DNA of 10,311 bases from Candidatus Latescibacterota bacterium (lineage in GTDB: Bacteria; Latescibacterota; UBA2968; UBA8231): the NCBI GenBank assembly GCA_965205655.1, contig CBDBIJ010000039.1, positions 1 to 10,311 on the forward strand, given 5' to 3'. Made by a program: the position numbers and the translations under genes. This document shows positions 6,631 to 10,311 of the stretch, piece after piece. The notes under the pieces were generated by a model, which ran no database searches, had not been told where the DNA came from, and saw only the letters and a list, made by a program, of their open reading frames with translations. Position 1 is the first letter of the stretch. Each line of letters begins with the position of its first letter.

Positions 6631-6707
6631 CCGACCCGCGGCTGGAGGCGTCGCCGATCACCAATCAGCGGTAGCGTTCAGCAGTGTGCGTCCCAGCCGA
6701 CCGATCA

Positions 6708-7679
6708 ATGCCAGTCAACGACGCACCTCGCTACGAGCCGCCTTTCCCCTGGGTCACCGGCCACCTGCAGACGATCGCGCCCGGTTTGCTGCGGCGGGTC
6801 CGGAGCGTCGACTACGAGCGCGAGCGCATCGATACGCCCGACGGAGATTTCCTGGACCTGGACTGGTCGCGGCCGGCAGCGCGGCAGTGCGAGCGTGTCG
6901 CCATCATCGCCCACGGGCTCGAGGGGCACAGCCGGCGCCCTTACGTTCGCGGTATGGCGCGGGCCTTCAACAAGGCTGGATGGGACGCCATGGCGTGGAA
7001 CTTTCGCGGTTGTAGCGGCGAGCCGAACAAACAGCTGCGATTCTATCACAGCGGCTCGTCGGACGACCTGCGATGCGTGATCGATCACACCACGAGTAGC
7101 CGCCGCTACGGGTCAGTCGTCCTCATCGGTTTCAGCCTGGGCGGCAACGTCGTCCTGAAATACCTCGGGGAACAGGCAGGAGATGCGCCTGCCGCGATCA
7201 AGTGCGCCGTCACCTTTTCTGTGCCCTGCAACCTGCGGGCGAGCTCCATGCGGATGGCTTCGCCCTCCAACTTCATCTATTTGAGGCGCTTTCTAAAATC
7301 GATGAGGCAGAAAGTCAGAGACAAGGACTGCGTCATGCCGGGGCAATTGAACCTCGAGGGGATCGACAGGCTGAAGGATTTCGCGCAGTTCGACGATCGC
7401 TACACCGCCCCGCTCAACGGCTTTCGAGACGCCGAGGAATACTGGCAACGCTGCAGCTCCCGACAGTTCATCGGCCGCATCGAGGTGCCGACGCTGCTCG
7501 TCAGCGCTCGCAACGATCCGTTTCTCACGGAAGAGTGTTTCCCCGTCGAGGAAGCGCGAGCGAGCGAGCGCATGTTTCTCGAGATGCCCCCACACGGCGG
7601 ACACGTGGGGTTTCCGTCGCGCGGGAGCACCTACTGGTCTGAAGAGCGCGCCATCAGGTTCGCGGAGGAGTGGAAGTGA
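6708..7679 (+). CDS. YheT/UPF0017-like alpha/beta-fold serine hydrolase (esterase)
   Basis: Motifs GHLQT, TPDGDFLDLDW, HGLEG, NFRGCSGEPN, nucleophile elbow GFSLGG, NDPF (acid) and GGHVGF (His). Start taken as ATG 6708; GTG 6684 is an alternative. Confidence 0.9.
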   Translation: MPVNDAPRYEPPFPWVTGHLQTIAPGLLRRVRSVDYERERIDTPDGDFLDLDWSRPAARQCERVAIIAHGLEGHSRRPYVRGMARAFNKAGWDAMAWNFRGCSGEPNKQLRFYHSGSSDDLRCVIDHTTSSRRYGSVVLIGFSLGGNVVLKYLGEQAGDAPAAIKCAVTFSVPCNLRASSMRMASPSNFIYLRRFLKSMRQKVRDKDCVMPGQLNLEGIDRLKDFAQFDDRYTAPLNGFRDAEEYWQRCSSRQFIGRIEVPTLLVSARNDPFLTEECFPVEEARASERMFLEMPPHGGHVGFPSRGSTYWSEERAIRFAEEWK

Positions 7680-8902
7680 CGGATCGGTCTCAGTCCAGAT
7701 CGCTGCGGGAGATCGCCGCCCTTTTCCTGAAGGTGGGCACGATCGGCTTCGGAGGTCCGGCAGCCCACATCGCCATGATGGAAGAGGAGGTAGTGACACG
7801 CCGCGGCTGGCTCTCGCGACAGCGCTTCCTCGACCTGGTCGGCGCCACGAATCTCATCCCGGGGCCAAACTCCACCGAAATGGCCATCCACATAGGCTAC
7901 CTTCGGGGCGGCTGGCGGGGGCTGATTACCTCCGGGGCCTGTTTCATTCTGCCCGCCGTCGCGATAACAGGGATTGTCGCATTCATCTACACGCGCTACG
8001 GAGCCCTGCCGCAGGCGGAGCACTTCCTTTCCGGAATCAAGCCAGTCGTCGTCGCCATTGTCGCCGGCGCCCTGCTCAAACTGGGAATCACGGCGGTCAA
8101 GGACTGGCGGCTGGCCATGGTGGGCATCGCCGTGGCGGCCATCGCGCTGCAGCAGGGGCATGAGGTGCTCGCCCTGCTCGGAGGTGGGCTCGTGGGGATG
8201 GTGTGGCTGCGACTCAGGCGAGTAGACAGCTCGGCGTCGGGTGCCGGATGGGGTGCGGCGCTGCTGGGCCTGGGCTCGCGCCGAGCGAGCGAGGCGGCGA
8301 CACCTGCCACAAAGCTCGCAGGCACTGCCGGCGCCGGCCTGACCGCCGCCGCAGGGGCATCGTCGGCAGCGTCGATCCTGTCGCTACCGCTGTGGCAGCT
8401 GGGGCTCTTCTTCCTGAAAGTGGGGGCAGTTCTCTACGGCAGCGGCTATTTGCTGTTCGCTTTTCTGGAAGGCGAACTCGTAAGCGAACTCCATCTGCTC
8501 ACGCGCTCGCAGCTGCTCGATGCCATCGCCGTGGGACAATTCACTCCCGGACCGGTGCTGTCGACGGCGACCTTCGTGGGCTACATCATCGCTGGGCCGG
8601 CGGGGGCGATCGTGGCGACAGTGGCGATCTTTCTGCCATCGTTCGTGTTCGTGGCGGCGGTGAATCCCATCATCCCCCGTCTGCGCGAGTCGGCGTGGGC
8701 GGCCTCTTTCCTCGACTCGGTCAACGTGAGCGCCGTGGGATTGATGGCGGCGGTGACATTCGAGCTGGGGCGAACATCGCTGGTCGATTCCTTTTCCTGG
8801 TGGATTGCCGCCATGACCCTGCTGGGCATGCGCGTCGTGGGCTTGAGCCCCGGCTGGTTCGTGCTGGCCGGCGGTATTACCGGCTGGCTCATCGCTAGCT
8901 GA
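7676..8902 (+). CDS. chrA: Chromate ion transporter (CHR family, long-chain two-domain)
   Basis: Two homologous halves: FLKVGTIGFGGP...NLIPGPNSTEMAIHIG and FLKVGAVLYGSGY...GQFTPGPVLSTATFVG. GTG 7676 overlaps the upstream TGA (GTGA) and has GGAGGAG at 7664-7670, so it is preferred over 7670. Confidence 0.92.
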   Translation: MTDRSQSRSLREIAALFLKVGTIGFGGPAAHIAMMEEEVVTRRGWLSRQRFLDLVGATNLIPGPNSTEMAIHIGYLRGGWRGLITSGACFILPAVAITGIVAFIYTRYGALPQAEHFLSGIKPVVVAIVAGALLKLGITAVKDWRLAMVGIAVAAIALQQGHEVLALLGGGLVGMVWLRLRRVDSSASGAGWGAALLGLGSRRASEAATPATKLAGTAGAGLTAAAGASSAASILSLPLWQLGLFFLKVGAVLYGSGYLLFAFLEGELVSELHLLTRSQLLDAIAVGQFTPGPVLSTATFVGYIIAGPAGAIVATVAIFLPSFVFVAAVNPIIPRLRESAWAASFLDSVNVSAVGLMAAVTFELGRTSLVDSFSWWIAAMTLLGMRVVGLSPGWFVLAGGITGWLIAS

Positions 8903-9542
8903 AAAGACTTCGCCGGCCTACCTTGCCGCACAGGGGGCACTGTTCGAAGACGTGGCTGCGGGCCGGGCAGTACTGACGCCCGAAGTAGATGATCTGCAGA
9001 TGCAGCTTGATCCATTCGTCTTCCGGGAACAGACGCTTCAGATCTTTTTCAGTCTGCACTACATTGCGGCCATTCGTGAGTCCCCAGCGATACGCGAGGC
9101 GGTGGATGTGAGTGTCCACAGGGAAGGCCGGCACACCGAAGGCCTGGGCGACGACGACCTGGGCCGTCTTGTGACCCACGCCCGGCAGCTCCTCCAGCTC
9201 CTCCAACGTGCGCGGCACCTCCCCGTCATACTCTTCCACGAGGATTTTCGACAGCCCCCAGATGTTCTTCGATTTGCTGGGCCCCAGACCACAGGGCCGC
9301 ACGATTTTCTCGATCTGAGCAGCTGACAGCCCGATCATCTTCTCCGGGGTTTTCGCTCTGGCAAACAGCTTCGGAGTGACCTCGTTCACACGCACGTCCG
9401 TGCACTGCGCCGAGAGTAAGACGGCCACGAGCAAGGTATAGGGATCGCGGTGCCTGAGCGGAATCGGAGTCTGCGGAAAGAGCTGGTCGAGGGTCCGACT
9501 GATGACGCGCGCCTTTTCCGCTTTGGTCATCCTCTTCGCCAC
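8895..9542 (-). CDS. nth: Endonuclease III (HhH-GPD DNA glycosylase/AP lyase)
   Basis: Motifs LLVAVLLSAQCTDVRVN, helix-hairpin-helix LPGVGHKTAQVV (catalytic Lys) and FPVDTHIHR (catalytic Asp). GTG start overlaps the nudC stop (TAGTG); ATG 9530 is an alternative start. Confidence 0.93.
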   Translation of the reverse strand: MAKRMTKAEKARVISRTLDQLFPQTPIPLRHRDPYTLLVAVLLSAQCTDVRVNEVTPKLFARAKTPEKMIGLSAAQIEKIVRPCGLGPSKSKNIWGLSKILVEEYDGEVPRTLEELEELPGVGHKTAQVVVAQAFGVPAFPVDTHIHRLAYRWGLTNGRNVVQTEKDLKRLFPEDEWIKLHLQIIYFGRQYCPARSHVFEQCPLCGKVGRRSLFS

Positions 9543-10311
9543 TATCGCTGTTGCTCCAGAAACCAGTCGATGATCTGACGCGAGATGCTGATGCCGTCGG
9601 GTAGGTCCGGAAGGTGGTCTTTCGTGTACCAGCCCGCATCCACGATCTCCTCCCCGTCGATCTCAATATCGCCGCTGGCGTGCTGACAGGTGAAGCCGAC
9701 CATCAGCGAGTGGGGGAACGGCCACGACTGGCTGCCGAAGTAGCGGATATCCTTCACCTCGATTCCCACCTCTTCGCGAATCTCGCGGACGACCGCCTGC
9801 TCGAGAGTTTCCCCAGGCTCGACGAAACCGGCGAGGATGCTGTAGCGGCCGCTGGGGAAGCGGCCATTGTGCGCCAGCAGGAACTCCGATCCCTTCTGGA
9901 CGAGCACGATGATGGCCGGCGACACGCGCGGAAAGGAGAGGAGGCCGCACTCGGGGCACTCGCGGGCGCGATCGACTGTGTGATGCTGCGTGGCTGAGCC
10001 ACATCTGCCGCAGAAGCGGTGGGTGCGGTCCCAATTGAGAATCTGAAAGGCGCGTCCAGCGATTGCGAAGGAAGGCTCGTCGAACACGCCGAAGAGCTGA
10101 CGCAGCCCCTTCAGAGCCATACCGGTGGGAGGGCCTGGGCATCTTCACTCAGGTCGACGGCAAAGCAGTGACGCTCGCCGGAGAGCGACTGGGCAGGCTC
10201 GGTTTGTGAGCGCTCGTTCCAGCGCCCGAGGTAGTGCCGGCTCGTGAGCAGGCCGAGCTCCTCGACTGTCGACAGAGATGGGAGCTCCGCTTTTCCAGCG
10301 TCGAGACTGAC
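9542..10311 (-). CDS. nudC: NAD(+)/NADH pyrophosphatase NudC, 5'-truncated by the window edge, with a 1-nt frameshift near 10122-10133 (pseudogene or sequence error)
   Basis: 9542-10120 encodes the zinc ribbon CGRCG...CPEC, the Nudix box AGFVEPGETLEQAVVREIREEVG and SQSWPFPHS. Its frame is closed upstream by TGA at 10145-10147. A different frame, open from 10311 to TGA 10111-10113, encodes the expected N-terminal part (VSLDAGKAELPSLSTVEELGLLTSRHYLGRW...RHCFAVDLSEDAQA). Confidence 0.88.

Noticed and set aside
9603..9614. AGGTCCGGAAGG resembling the SRP RNA apical loop
   Set aside because: Lies antisense within nudC coding sequence and lacks the flanking CAGG/AGCAG internal loop and long stem.
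1..10311. CRISPR arrays, tRNA/rRNA genes, integron attC sites, tandem repeat arrays, defence-system genes
   Set aside because: None seen on reading; non-coding space is limited to the IS ends, 2714-2931 and short gaps, and contains no regularly spaced repeats or cloverleaf.

Overview
GC-rich bacterial window. It opens with the 3' end of a STAS-domain (anti-sigma factor antagonist) gene (<1-165). An IS481-family element (168-2713; 26-bp imperfect TG...CA inverted repeats, 8-bp GACTAGTA duplication) sits exactly at that gene's stop codon. Its transposase is degenerate and is itself split by an apparently intact IS256-family element (584-1959; 8-bp CAGGAAAC duplication). A ~220-bp structured intergenic region follows, with a strong intrinsic terminator and a possible competing antiterminator helix. 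Next is a + strand run of four genes: an 841-aa CehA/McbA-like PHP-type metallohydrolase, a Gfo/Idh/MocA oxidoreductase, a YheT-like alpha/beta hydrolase and a ChrA-family transporter. These converge, with an 8-nt overlap, on a - strand nudC-nth pair; nudC carries a frameshift and runs off the window. I cannot demonstrate a novel system from sequence alone. The best leads are the candidate attenuator/riboswitch-like RNA upstream of the metallohydrolase-oxidoreductase pair, that uncharacterised catabolic pair itself, and the structured leaders and junction promoter of the nested IS elements.
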